Assembly: GCA_964035545.1 (NCBI GenBank)
Contig: OZ037766.1
Coordinates: forward strand, 24,544,126-24,608,125
Direction of reading: 5' to 3'
Source: Bugula neritina
Taxonomy: Eukaryota; Animalia; Bryozoa
DNA length: 64,000 nucleotides
Under the pieces are notes generated by a model. The model did no database searches. It was given only the letters and a program-made list of their open reading frames with translations, and was not told where the DNA came from. The first letter of the stretch is position 1, and each line of letters opens with the position of its first letter. Below are positions 49,153 through 63,900 of this stretch, piece by piece. The position numbers and the translations under genes were made by a program.

Positions 49153-52100
49153 CTAATCCAGCTACAAGGAAAAACAATAAGACAAAACTAAAATAGTTGG
49201 GATACAAAACAGATAAAAAATTAATATTAAATCCCAGTCAACTAAATTATTGATAACATAAATGAACAATCAGCTGTTTTACACTGTAGACCCTTGATAA
49301 ATATAACAGTGGCTTCCCAAGATTTAAAAGCAGGAAGTTGCTTATACTTTGAATGCAAAACCTCGTAACCTCGTAGGCACTACTGTGTGTGCAGTGTGCG
49401 CGCGCATGTGTGTGTGCACGTATGTGCGCAGTGTGTGTGTGTGTGTGCGCAGTGTGTATGTGTGTGTGTGTGCAGTGTGTGTGTGTGTACAGTGTGTGTG
49501 TGTACAGTGTGTGTATTTGTGTAATGAAGTGTGCTGTTCACTTTTTATTCAGGCCTCGAAAGATATAATGGGTAGAACTTCATTCCAAAACAAAGCTTAT
49601 AATGTCAAAAGGAGAAAACTCCAAAAGCTGATTGTCCCTTGGTATAACACAATTCACAAAAAATGTCATTTAAGGCTTTACTCACATCATTGCTGGAGGC
49701 TGACGGACCACCAGGCGCTGACGGACCACCAGACGCTGACGGACCACCAGAGGATGGAGGGGCACCAGGGGCATCATCAGCATCAGGGGGGTTGTAGGCA
49801 CTGGCAAATTTAGCTTGTAACTTCTCTAGTACTTTCATAACCTGCAGAATATCACACCAGACTAGAATAAAACTATGTACTCATTTAATAGAAACAGGAC
49901 TTCAACCCCTGAACTATAAGATATTATAAATACAACTATTGTTACGTCAAATAAAATAGGGGAAAGCTAAGCCCAGTATCTTCCATTCTAATATAACAAA
50001 CGCTATGTGAATAAAAATACTTTCCTAGGTTATATACGTATAGAATACAACAAAATTTAATAGTAGTAGAGTCAGTTAGTATAAATGAACAAACAGTAGA
50101 AACGATTTAGTATAAGTAATATAAAAATACAAGTCTGATGCTACAAACCCGAGGATTGTCTTTATACTTAGCGGCAGCAGCGGGATTCTGACTGCATTCC
50201 ATGAAGGCAGCAGACACTTCGGGATCTTGGAAGGCCATCATTATCTCAGGGTCGTTGAATATTTCATTTATACCAGCTGGCATACCACCTCCTCCAGGCA
50301 TACCGCCGGCTCCAGGGAATCCTCCAGGCATACCACCAAATCCTGATCCTGATGCGGACTGCTTTTGTCTCTCCTCATACTCCCGCTGGGCCTCAGCTTT
50401 GCGTCTAGCTGCCTCCTTCTTCCTTCTCTTCAGCTCTCGCTCTTTCTCTCGCCTAGCCTTCTTGTTCTCGTGCTCCTGCACCTTGTGTACCTGCAATACA
50501 TCGTACTGCATAAAGGTTTGCTGAGACGGTCAGGGAAACTACCAGTTTCAACCCCAGATACAAGTCAATCTACAAGAAAAGTGCTATTAAAAGGAAACTT
50601 GTATGATATACCCATTCAACCAGTTACAGGTGATGGCACTTGGTAGCTGCTATATTTTTGTAGCAATTCTCTCAACATTAAACTATCATTCACATTCTCT
50701 AAGCAGCTACTACTGTTAAACAATATGGTATTAAATTACATACAGCAACATCTTTTAGAGTTGTCAACCCAAGCAGTGGGCATGCCGAGAGGGAGCATGA
50801 CTGATATACATGCGAGCCAGCAATCAATTGTTGTCTAAGCCAAGAAACTTGCACTAAAGTTTTAAAATGCTGCAAACTGTTGTTCAACTCAAAGTCATCT
50901 GATAACACATGTTCAAGTTCACTCACGAAAATATTCATTATATAAAAACTGTCACACGAGCATGAGAATGTGTTCGATGAACTTCCTTTATCGGGTCACA
51001 TAAAATGGTAAAATATGTTTCCAGAAAAACAGTTTTCAAAAAATCAAAATGAATTATATTGAATATTTTGAGTTGTCTCCTCACAGTTTAAATTACAACA
51101 TAAAGAAAAATGTTTCACAGCTACTAAACTCAGCAGTGAATAAAGATGATTTTGAAGGCTACAAACAATGCTCGTCTCTGAAGTAAGACTTTGCACAAGG
51201 CTACGGTGTCTTCAATCATAAAATATCATGATTGAAAAACATATTTTATGTGCTTGAATGGGTAAACTTCCCACCCCTGATTGGAGCTTTCACATCCATG
51301 TCAAGGGAAAGAGACTAATCGGACCCTGAATAATATGCTACTACATACTATACTGTCCTATAGTATATATAATATATAAGTTGTGTGCTCACGTCAGCTT
51401 TCAGACTTTTCTGTAGCTCATCCGTATCATCATCATAGTCAATACCCTGTCCTCTACCTAGGTCCTTGTAAGCTTGATCAATGTTACCCAGTAGTCTGAA
51501 ACAAGATGGCATAACTCCATATTACAAGCTAGAAGATAGTACCATAATTAGTACCACATTTATTGAACACTCTTAATCCCAGAAGTTTTAGGTTAGCTTG
51601 GAGAAAACTTGCAATGGATTAGAAACTAGCGCAATACAGTATATATATTTCTCATTCAGATTTTGTACTATACCCCAACAGTAGGAACAATAAATTGTGT
51701 TGGTGTATAAGTCTTTTTTCTTAGTTCCTAAGATTTCCACAAACATTTTTTCAAGGGATGGACAATTACTTAGTAGTACACATCACCCACAGAGACACAA
51801 ATTTGAGATTGATGATAGTATATTCACATTGATCAATTCAACATAATAATCCTTATATTATTAAACAAAAAACCATTGGCAATCTATACAAGTTTGAGAG
51901 AAGAAATAATGATTGCGATAAATGAAAAACTGAAAGTAAAAATGACATAATTTCACTGATTGAAGTTACAAATATTTTATTTATCATATTTAAGAGCAAA
52001 ATAGTTCAAGTTAATTCGCCCTTAGGAAATTGAAACATAAAACGTAACAACTTCCAGCTGAAATACTAAACTATGCTAGGAAAAGGATTCAAATTTCACT

Positions 52101-54663
52101 CTTAAGGCCCTATTTAGGTTATCTATCTACATACCATAAAACATAGAGATAAATCTAGGTGGGGACGATAACTTTTTGCGACTGTATTTGAAGCTACTGC
52201 TAATTTGAGGACCATTGCAACATCAGAAAAGTGTAACTACTATATACTTTTTTATGTTACAGTTCACAAACACTAGAATATATTTACTAATAATAAAATC
52301 AACCATTAACTTTGTGATACAGTTTACAGGAGTGTTGTTACATCTACCTACTAAAAAAGGGGGGGGGGCAGAAATTGGGATACTTTTTGAAATTATAGAG
52401 GTGTACCGTCTATGGCAAGTCGGGCACATACTTAAAAGGGATACTTCCATTACGATGAATGCAAAACAATACATTTTAAACTTAAATAAAATTTCAAACT
52501 CAACTAAAAACTTTTAAAGCCTGACAAATGTATCTAAATACTTCGTATTTTAGCTTTTTAAACAAAATTTGGCCAATCTTGCTCCCTATTAATTCTGAAA
52601 TAACTAAATTAAAAACCATCAAAGAACTAGTTCAAGACATGCATCTAACCTACCTGTGGGCACGTCCTCTCTGTTTATAGGCTAAGGCTGAGTTACTGTT
52701 CAGCTCCAAGGCTCGGTCACAGTCTTGAACGGCAGCCTTGGGTCTGGCCATTCTCAGGAGAAGCCTGTGTGACAGCAAGAACAGAGTGAGTTGACATTTG
52801 ACATGGAAGGGCAGGTGTATTATTGACAGATGTATCAATTATGAAGTGTGGAGGGATGACAGGACAGATGAATGGTATAACAAGTCACCTTTAGCACAGA
52901 TGTTTTTTTATGTGACAATCAAACTCAATGTATGTTCTTCAACATAGATTGTGGCACAACCTAGTTTAATTTCTAAATAAGAAGCAGAGGGAAACTGAAC
53001 ATGAACTAATGCTCCAAATCACAAATATAAAGATACTTTAAACATAAAAAACTAAAAGCAAGAATTTCACAGATTTTATAAAACTTTATAATTTTGCAAA
53101 TATTTCCAGAACATTACTCTTAATTCCTGCTGAAACTGCATATAAATCTCAACATTCTTACTTTGCCCGCTTAGCGTAGGAGACGGCTAAGGAAGGGTTC
53201 AACTCTATAGCCTGAGTGAACAGAGTGAGAGCTTTGTCAAGGTCACCATCAGACATGGCCATATTGGCTTCTCGGCCAGTCTCCATGGCTTTATCACAGT
53301 CTTCCTCACTCGCCTGAATATACACATGGCAATATGCACACAGAGCATAATATACAGCATAGCATTTAGTAAGATACAATATAGCACCTATAATACGTAG
53401 TGATATTATATAAGTTTTATTTATCTCTTGTGAGAACAAAAGTAATTGTAATTGTAATCAATTACTTACAAGTTCTGTATGCAATAGTTAACTTAGCATT
53501 GATTATTGAAAATATTTCTTATGCTTTTAGCACTCAATAATTTCATGACTTAATGCTATTTATGCTGAATCACGGAATAATGAAAAATCATCATCATTAT
53601 GATCATATGCAGCTTCAGTAGCTCAAAATCAAAGAAGCTATGACTACATATTTCATATAGCCTACCAGTTGGAACTATAAACAAAGTCCCACCTCTTTAT
53701 CAGTGTCAGGAAGGGAGGGCAACTCTGCACTCTCGGGTCCAGTGACAAAATCAAGGTTAAGTTCAAGGTCACTCTCAGAACTTGACTCATCGCTGCTTTC
53801 AGGCTGGGGAGGTGCGGGCTCAGATTTCTCAGAACTGGAGCTAGGCTATAGTTGTATATAACGCAGATTTGTAAATGATATAGAAAATAACTCATATTAG
53901 ATAGATAATGATATAGTCATAGTGTATGAAGATACAAACAAATGACAGCAGACAAATTTAAAAGAATGCAGTTTTGTAACATTTTGTAGGAGTTGGTTTC
54001 TTTTTCAGAAACTAAGAAAGTTACAGAATAGATTGACTAAATCAAGATATTTTACAACACCGAAAATTGTGCGATTCCACATCAATGATAATATTGATTA
54101 GGCGGCTCATAAAAACCTCCATTTTGCAATTTTTCAGTAACTGCCAGACAAAAATGACATTCGATTTGAATTAAAAATTAATTTAGAATATAATGAAGAT
54201 GAGATCCAGAATAGTGTTTCCAGACTACAATATCGGGTGATATTCTCACTCACCTCTGCGGTGGGTGTTGGTTCAGGTTTGGGGGCTTCCCATGCTGGTG
54301 CAGGGGGTATCTTGGCACCAAGGCTAAAATGAGTCAGTGAATATAGTTGCTCTATAATTAGCTCTGAATTGGGGATGACTGAGTGCAGTAGTTTGGGTTC
54401 CCGAGAACCCAAACTACTGCACCCAGTCACTCCCAACTCGGAGCTGCTTATAAAACAATTCCTGTGATTGGTTACAGTTCGTTAATTAAAAGCTGCTAAT
54501 AGGACTAAAAATTTATTAGAATCTTGAATTGAGACAACAGTCACTACCTTTCCATCCATTCTTTATAGAAGTCTAATTCAGGCGCATGAAGTATAGCTGG
54601 GTTAGCCTTGCATGCCCCTACAAACATCTTGAGCAAGTTTATTTGTTCTTTAGGTAGAGCCAT
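49153..54663 (-). CDS. ST13: Hsc70-interacting protein (HIP/ST13), 403 aa
   Basis: Exons 54663-54548, 54323-54254, 53845-53693, 53313-53162, 52764-52654, 51495-51393, 50490-50149, 49841-49686, 49161-49153 (1212 nt). N-terminal dimerisation domain (FVGACKANPAILHAPELDFYKEWMESLGAKIP), 3 TPRs, charged region, GGMP repeats, STI1/DP domain (NDPEIMMAFQDPEV). Confidence 0.94.
49385..49520. repeat. Imperfect (GT)n microsatellite
   Basis: Direct inspection; last intron of ST13. Confidence 0.9.
54360..54445. repeat. 41-bp inverted repeat with 4-nt loop (86-nt hairpin)
   Basis: Arms 54360-54400 and 54405-54445; 5 mismatches; inner 18 bp perfect. Confidence 0.9.
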
Positions 54664-54691
54664 TTTCCAAATCAAAAATAAGGTACCGGCG

Positions 54692-55372
54692 CTGCAAAAG
54701 ACACAAAAACAATTTTTAGCATATATAAATTGATAAGAACTGTATCTATTTCTGCTATCCTATTTACCATTCTTCCTTTCTCTATTAAACCTACAGTTGC
54801 TTCTAGGTCTCATTCATCCTTAGTTTTTTATAATTACAATTTAAACATCATTATTAAATTTTATTTATTGATGTTGAAATTATTTATAATAGTATATTGT
54901 TATAATTGCAATAAAATTATTATTAAAAAAAGTAAAACTAAAACTAAAAGTATTATAATTTCAATTTATAAAAAATATAGTGATAGAGCCAGAGGCCCAG
55001 TCCCAGGGTGAGGGTCCCAACAGATACTGATACGAATACTATTAGAAGCTTTTCAAAAGCCAAAAGTAAAAGAGAAGACAACAGTTCAGGGTGAAAGTCA
55101 AAATGAAAATACATCAAATTTAATTACAAATTAAAATTTGATCATAAAAATAAAACTAGAAACTTAAAGTCAAAGTGATTCGCCTTCGACTTCGTGTCTT
55201 TTCAACTTCAAGCCTCCTAAGCCCAGAAGACTAATAATACTAACATCAACATGCCTAAGTGCAAAATTTTAGACACTACTGTAAGACTTTAAAGTCACTT
55301 TTTTTACAATCGCAATAGATAAATCATTATAACGACATTGAGTATAGTCATCACTATCAATATTATACTTAC
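54692..55372 (-). repeat. ST13 5'UTR first intron with degenerate 6-bp-periodic sequence
   Basis: Donor GTAAGT at 55372, acceptor TTTGCAG at 54692. Examples on + strand: aaaagt aaaact aaaact aaaagt; gataga gccaga ggccca gtccca gggtga gggtcc. Confidence 0.75.
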
Positions 55373-55915
55373 TCCAACTGAAACTCTGTCTCAGTAAAAT
55401 TAAAAAGAGAAGTTTGAATTTTCTCCTATCTTCACGCTTGTTGCGAAAATAAAACTAGTTAATTAATGGAATCGCTGACTTTGCTTTTTCTAGAAAATAA
55501 TTTAGAATACTCTTAAACAAAACCAATTATAACCATTAAAGTGTAGCTACACATACATACTTTAAAATTTATAAACATGTAAATTATAGTTTAAAAGTTT
55601 TAGTTCAACAATTATAACAGCCACACTGCAATAAGCTTCACCGAAAGAAGACAACTTTGATTCGACATCCATAATGTGTTCCAAAGTTTCAAATCTTTTA
55701 TGGGTATTTGCTTAAAATTAATTTAAAATTTGCTTAAAAATAATAAAGCAAGTGTTATAATTTATAAACAGATGCAAGAAACACGAGTGCTTAGACTTAG
55801 TCAAAAGATGTGCTGGTATCATTTATGTTTGTATTAAACTTATTATAGTTTGTTCCTTGCATAAGTTTTCGTAAATACTTCACCATGCAAAGAGGTATTT
55901 AGGTATTCAAAAATA

Positions 55916-56125
55916 CAGTGCTTCCTCCATATCTCATTGTTCAATTTCTCACAAAACTTCATAGATCATGGAGAAGCGCTTGAACCTCGTTTTGTGGCTT
56001 ATGTATATGCGTATAGAGACAAAATAGCCAAATTTAACAAATCCGTGAGTTAAATATGGTATTCTACTATGTCATAAATTGAGACTTTGGGACCCCCAGC
56101 TCAGTGAGATACAGAGGGAGCACTG
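55916..56125. mobile_element. Tc1/mariner(pogo)-type MITE, 210 bp
   Basis: TA|CAGTGCTTCCTCCATATCTCATTG ... CAGTGAGATACAGAGGGAGCACTG|TA; TA target duplication; second copy at 6583-6744. Confidence 0.85.
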
Positions 56126-57988
56126 TAAGTATTATTGAACAAATTTTCAAACTTTCATGAGTGTCTAAAAATTTTACATGTCATCAGTGACAATCAATTT
56201 GGTAAATGTAGAAATAAGAGATGGAGTGAGTAGTTATAATATAACATTTTATTATCTAACTTTAAAGACTACTATAACAGAAGTTAAACTTATCATGCAA
56301 ATAATAAACAGTAGGTACTAGCTGGTATTTGTAATATGGAGAGGTATACAAATGTTGCTGTAGCTATGATAACACAGTATATAAATATGACATTTACTCT
56401 ATGTATAGTAAAATGTACAATTATATAAGTAATGATGAATCAGAATCGTAACGTCACCATAGTGAGTGAAAAGTCATCAACAAGCAATCTGAAATTTCAA
56501 ACCATTTCAAGATGATGTTTGCACAAAATAATTGTTTTAGTATAGAACTCTTAAAATACTTACAAGTCTATTCAATCACACCAAGTTGGCTGTCTAATAA
56601 AATGCTATAAACCACATTATACTTCAAACATAACTGGTTCATTATATGAAAAATCTTGTAAAACGTGTCGCAGGTTAGAATGATTGTTATTCGAGGCGTG
56701 AATGATTCTTAATAGATAGATTCAGCATCAGCTGTATAGTTGCTGATATGCGGATATTTCCGCTTGGTAGACAACTCCATAAAAAGAACAAACTATTCCA
56801 ACACATGGTATACTACAGGATAAATTTTGTAATTACACCCACATTTTACTGGCCATAGAGCAATTAACTAGACATAAATCAAGATTTGAGACGGATGGCT
56901 GAGCATCTGGTGATAGTAACAATGTTTATGTTTGTATGGTAGTAACACACATTTCCTAGTCATGCTTCTATGTTGTAACACACAGGCAACATGAGTTCAA
57001 TTTTTAAAAAAGATTTATTGCGTTCTAAACAGTGAGTAAATATATTATTTCAAGATACAATATAACGAATTTATGGAAATTATGCTTATATAGAATTAGT
57101 GATGCTAAAAGGTGATTAATATCTAAAACATAATATTTGAATGTTTTCAATCAATGTGTTTAACTGCTTTTTAACTACAAGCAATAAACTGAACATAGGA
57201 AATATATAATACTTCTATGAAATGCTGTTATAGACTTATAATCACTAATAAGTACTGTTTTGAGCTTTGTTGGCTAAACAATTAATACATTTCAAACTGA
57301 GTGTTTGCTAGTTCGGTTGTTAGCTATTAGGGTTGGATATCAGTATTTATGTTAGAATATTAATAATGGTCAAATGATTTTATATTCATATGTTCACTAT
57401 ATTATATGTCATTTTAGAATAAAATTAATTAAAATGTTTAAGTGAACAGTATTATTGGCTTCCTTCCATCAAAATAACTTAATACTCTTTGTACATTTTG
57501 AAAGTTTGCACAAAGTAGATATATTGTAAACATTTGCAACACAAGAGAGTTGTCAACATAAGATAATAAAATTTGATTTTAATATAAAAAACATGAGAAA
57601 AAACTGATAACTCTATACATATAAAGGTACTATTATGCATATGTGCTAACAAATACTAATTACTATTAGTAATAGCAATTAACACATTTTTCAACTGGGT
57701 GCTTGTTAGCTCATGTGTATACTTTTGTTAATTGTTATAATGCAATAACGATTTAGTTTGATCACCATTTATTTATATATGTTCACTACAACAGTACTTC
57801 ATGTCAAGATCAGGTATTAATCAGGTAATTTTGCTGACTTAACTCTTGCTGTGCACTATAAGATTAAAGGTTTTAGATATATACAATGTAATTTTAATTT
57901 TTTATGTAATTCTAATGAAGATTTCAAAAAATTTAAAAAAAAACAATGCATATCTGTTGCCAAAGTTACTAATTTGCATTTTTATAGA

Positions 57989-60900
57989 ATGGAAACTTCA
58001 TTCTCTCCTGAGGGTGCAAAGAAAAGAATAGCTCAACCCAGGAATATTGAAGAACAGGATCCTAACAATAAACACGGTCACATGCCTCAATGGAGTGAAA
58101 TGTTTAAATACAGAGTAAATTCTACTACCTTGGATGAGGTATTGTTTTAAAATGTTTATACTCACAAAGAAGGGTACAGCTTAAACCATCTACTAATTGA
58201 TGGTAGAGAATTATTTTAGATAGTAGCTTGCAGGTAGCAATTACTGAATTAGTGCACACAATTTTTTTCAATAATGATACACAATTCCTACTTTGTAATA
58301 TAATCTTATGTACTGTCAATTTAGATTCTTAAACAAACTCAAGCTATAAAAGTACCAATTCCCTTATAAACTTTGTGTATTATTTTTCACTGTATGCAAT
58401 ATATTTACTTTTATATTGACTTCATAAGTTCACTGCATATGATACTAACATAAATCCTGTGCATTTCTACTACTCATAAAAGAACAAAAATTGTTAATAA
58501 GCACTAAATGTTAATTGCATGTTGTGTATATGTACTGTAATATTAAAGCTAACATCTTATAGTTCATTGAGATGATAAATATACCCTTCCTCAGATATCT
58601 ATAATGCTTTAATATATTTTGATTCAGAATTTTGTTTTACTGTACATTTTGAGAGACTAAGTCTTGAGTGATATGCTTGCACTTAATGATTGCTAAGCAC
58701 AGCTGTTTAGTAGTCTACCGCTTACCAAGGTGTTATGGGTTAACTCTGTATAATTTAATGTATTGCTCGAAAAGTTAATATCTGATAAATTGATTTCCAG
58801 TAAAATATCGGCAATAATAATAAACTTCGTAAAGGGTGAGAAAACTTTGTTTTGAATGTAGATTTATCAATTATTTGTTAGTATTCATGCACAGTTGATG
58901 CTGTTATACTGCCTCTATAAAGACTATACTTTGCTGTATGATGGCAATGGCATAAATCAGTATAATTCTAACACATCTGCTCTCTAACCTTAATCAATGT
59001 TTCCACCTACATTGCTTGTTGGAATTTATTACCAACTCTTAAACTTTTTATCTGGTCACGTACAACCAAAACAGCTATCTAATATATAGTAATACTAATA
59101 ACCATGTTGTACACTGAAAATCTTTTTCCTTGATGTGTCAGATAAAATGCTAATAATAATTAATGAGGATAGTTCTAATGGCAATCTGGCTAAGGCTAAA
59201 TGGGCAGTGTATTGCGCAAATTCAAGTACACATTCACACCAAAAATCTTATGGAGAGATACAATATTTTAGTATTGAAGTATATTTGATAATTTAGTTTA
59301 TAAAACTTTATTAAACCACTACTGCAACTATAAACCTTTAAAGTTTAAACACAAGACTAAAGCAAATCAACTCTAATCTCAAAACTAGTACATTTATAAT
59401 AATTAGGTTAATACTGCATCTTAAAATACCTATGATGAGTGTTAGCTTGTAAAAAGTAAAAATTTGCATCACCAACTATAGTTGTTTGAGTTTTAACAGA
59501 AATTTTTTGACAAAAATGCTTTTAGTAAAAGAAATGAATTTGGAAATTTAAAGATAATTTTGAAAATGCTTAGTCAAATTGTTTTCTATTTTTTAAAAAT
59601 AAAATTTATAGGATGTTTGTTAATGTGTTGGAAAAATATAGCCCTTCAGCTGATTTAGTTCATATATAGCATACATACGTAATTTATTTTAAATCTGCTT
59701 TTAGATTCTCATTTAAAAAACTAAATTAATAATAGATAAATAAATTAAGGTAATTAATTCGTTTTTGCAATTTTGAAAAAGTCTTGTTATTGTTTTAAAA
59801 CATATGCATGTATGTCTTCACACAGTCTCGTATATATAAATTAAGTTAAACATTACATTTTAAGTCTTACAAGCATTTACAGTTTGCCAATCATTGATAT
59901 TACTCCTGGAGGCTATTTTACTCTGCAAATAAGCTCCTATTTTAAGTTATTTTAGATTCTTTCTGAAATTCAATTCTAATAAGATATATTATGTCTCTCT
60001 TTATTGAAAATATAAAAACTGTTTTAGTCTAAGAATTTGCTTTGTAAGAAAATGAAAAGATGATATATGTGTTCAGTGGTCAAAATATAAAGTCTGAAAA
60101 ATTTTAACTTGCTGACTACATTTGAGCAGTAGCTATATAGCCTAAAACTTAAACTCTGGTTCAGTTATTGCTACTCTGTTGAAATGGACCAATAAAAAGC
60201 TAGATATATAATTTTATTGTGAATTTTTAATTTAGCTTCAAGCCTCATTCTTGTAAAATACCTAAATGATGCCTTCGGGCTTAGAAGCTTTTGCCAACAT
60301 TTTTGTCATTCAAATGGTAAACTATTTATATATAATATTGAACAGTCAAATTACATAATTTATTAGCTACAGATTGTCACAAATTCACAGCTTATGGTAC
60401 ATCAATTCTTATACTGCAGCATTTTAGGATATCTGAATAAGAAAGTCTAAAAATTTTGATAAACACTGCTTATTATTATTTTTGAAATGCAAATCTATAT
60501 TGTATTGAACTTATTTAGTAAAATGTTGCTTTAAATAACATCATTACACAAAAACTCAATAAGGTTGATTGATATTTTTATAGCCAGTTGAAAAAGTAAG
60601 GGTAGCTGATGTAAGCAAAGACTTCTGTATCAGAACAACCTCTCAAGGAATAACACAAGTCTTCCAGGCACCACGTAAGTAAACAGTTTAAAATAAACAG
60701 GTGTTTAAATCTTTATTAAAAATTTAAAATATGATTCAAAATGTTGTTATGCATCACTGGCTAATTTATAGATAAAGTTACCACGTAAGCTGTTTTTAAA
60801 AACTTCCATTAATTTATGAAAATTATAGCTGATAATTTGACCTATAGTTGATAAGAAGAAGGCTATATATATATATATAACATAATTCATTAAAATAAAG

Positions 60901-63900
60901 CTGGTGACAAATATAAGACTGATAATATAATAGAGTGAAGCTACTGAAAGTGAAAGTATCTGCCTCACCGGGACCTCTAACATGCAAGCTGGCATGCAAA
61001 CCATTACACTGTAGGGGCTACAGTGACTAAATCAGAAGTAGCAAAATAATATATTGCTAGTCATATTTTAGCTAACTTTACGAACTGCTTGAAATTTATG
61101 ATATTATGGTTACAGGTGAAGAAAGTACCAAAAGATTAAAAAATATTTAGCCTAAGTTCTACATGATAAGAAAGGGCATATTTAGCTTTCCTTATATATT
61201 GATAAAACTATGATAAAGCATGCATTCTCTATAAAATATTTCAATATAAATACACTTTTTATATTAATATTATTTTCATATTTTTATCAAACTAAATATG
61301 ATTGTATTCAAATATTATAAGTTTACTTCTTTAACTTTGTATGTTACAGGAGGAGGCAAAAAGATATTTTGGTTTATTTTGACGATAGCAGCTCTGGGTT
61401 TGCTGATAGCACACCTATATTACCTCACTAACAATTTCCTGAAGTTTGAAACTTCAACAGAGGTTACAGTTGAACCAGCCAAAATTCTAGAGTTTCCAGG
61501 TAAAACAAAGCCTATGTTTACATCTGCATATACAGTTCAATAGTGATGTGGGTCTAAAAAAATAGTTGAGGTGAAAGCAAAAGCTGAAAATTTATAGTAT
61601 TAAAGGAAAAATATGAAAACCTGAAAATGAAACACCGAAGTTGACTATCTAGATTGCAATGAAGCCTGTATCATTGCATGACTCTCTATATTTAATTTTC
61701 TGTAAAATGATAGGAAATCTTTAAAAGGCTTTAATCTGTAAACCAAATTTTTCTTTTCACAGAAAATGCCGTGCTGGGGATTATGGCATTACGCGGTCTC
61801 TAATCTTTTTCTCACCCTTTCTAAAAAATTGTGGGTTATAAAAATAACTAAGTTTATAGTTTGACGGGAAAAAAGCTGTTTGCATCAATGTGAGCTTAAG
61901 TAATAATTCATCTAAAAACAGTATATAAAACCTTACATTTATAACTTATTAGTTTCCTCAAAACATGTTTAGGAATTTTGAATTTCATAACTCAGCTATA
62001 TAATATTCCGATGACGTATTTGACAAGATAATTATTTTCTAATTAGCAGTTTTTTTATGCTTTACTTAAAATTTGCTAACAAATCATAACAGGAAATATT
62101 AATGATTTAGTGCACCTGCACAACCTGCCTGCTATAGACTGAGAGTTGACAAAGTTAGCAAGTGACTTTTTACACTTGAGTTATTTTAATTTTATTGTAT
62201 ACACTCATGTAATCACTAATGATGTTGAACCATGTAGTCTGATGTTTTTGGGTAGGCTTGGCTTTTAGTGGTTGCATGTTGAACTTTGAAAAGGTATATG
62301 GATCGCCTATTTCGAAATAAAACCTGGCTCCCTGTGCTCTTTTAATTCTGTAGCTAATTGTTTAATTTTGGCATGTTTGATTGTATAATGTACTGTTTTA
62401 CATCTAGAGAGTCTTGTCTTGAGCCAAGCTGATAAATTTTAGTTTCATTGATGTAAATGGTTATTATACAACAATTTTGATTAAAGCACAAATTTCTACG
62501 TAGGCCTATTTATGTTTTGTTCCATTTTTTGCAATTGCACCTTATGCTCTTATGGCTTCAGAATGTTTCTATATTATGTAGTTTTCTTATCGTTGCTTCT
62601 CTACAACAAATATTTTTTCCAGAAGCTGATATGTAAAGAGTGAAGCATATAGCAGCAATAAAGATGTTAAATGTATTTTATCACTATATTACACTAAATT
62701 GGTCACTATATTACACATAATGACCAATTTCTATAGGTGTAAGCTAAACATGCATTAAAGTATCTATTAAGTTTTATGTTCATGCTGTCTTACTAAGTAA
62801 CTTCTAGCAAAAACCTGAGTTGTATAACTTTTACAGCAGTCACCATCTGTAACAACAACGGCATAAGGCGCCCACCTCCTCCTCCATTTCGAGGATCAGA
62901 CGGAGCAGTTGGACCAGGTTTCGCATTAGAAATCGATGAGCTCCCTGATTTATGTGAGTGTGTGATCTCTTTTTCACACCTACAACTCAAATAATTAAAT
63001 TACAACCATGAAATTGGTTCCTGCTACTCGAGGGATGATAAGTCAAATTCATTAAGTTTTTCCATTTCAATGTTTAGAACACTAGCTATTACACTATTTA
63101 CTATTAGTTAGATCTCGATCCAACTCGATTTGATTTTCATGAGTACGCTATGGTTTAATTGTAGTGGCAATAAATGATTCAAGCCGAGGTCACCAAAAAG
63201 AAGATCTAATAGTGAAAGCAATATTTGACAACCACTTTGTGAACGTTGATGAAGAATTTATTCTAATTATAAATGCAAGACACGGGAATTGCTACACTTT
63301 TAATATAGATGGAGCTAGAAAAACCAGAAGAGCAATGCCTGGGTATGGTAGGTCTTGCATCTGTTTCATTTTGCTATATTCTAATGACCAGAAGTATAAT
63401 GCTGTTCCACGTAAACTTTCTTAGACATATTGGATTTTTAACATAATATTTTAGTATAACTTGCAGCTTTTGAAACTTTTTAAAACCATTGCAATATGAA
63501 AGATGTTCAACAAAATCAGTGGCTATTTTGAGCAAGACCTTTCACTTATAACAAAATTAGTTGCAATGCAGCAACTTCTACCCTACCTACTTTGAGTTTC
63601 ACATTTAATCTGCACCTTTAAAAAAGTCAGTGGTCGTTCTAGCAACGACCACTAGAATGAGCTCATCACTGAACAAACACAGCGAGAGGGGGGAAGGGAT
63701 GGTTTAAATTAAGATAGCTGTGATATAACAAGCAATGAACATTTAACTTTTCCTTTAGTGTAAATGCGGTATTAGAATTGTAGTTGTGAACTTACCATTC
63801 GAAGCTGGAACCAATTGACTTAAGTTATGGTTTTCTGCAGGTTTAGAGTTGGAGCTGAACATAGAACACTATGCATATGATACGTACGAACTTAGCTATT

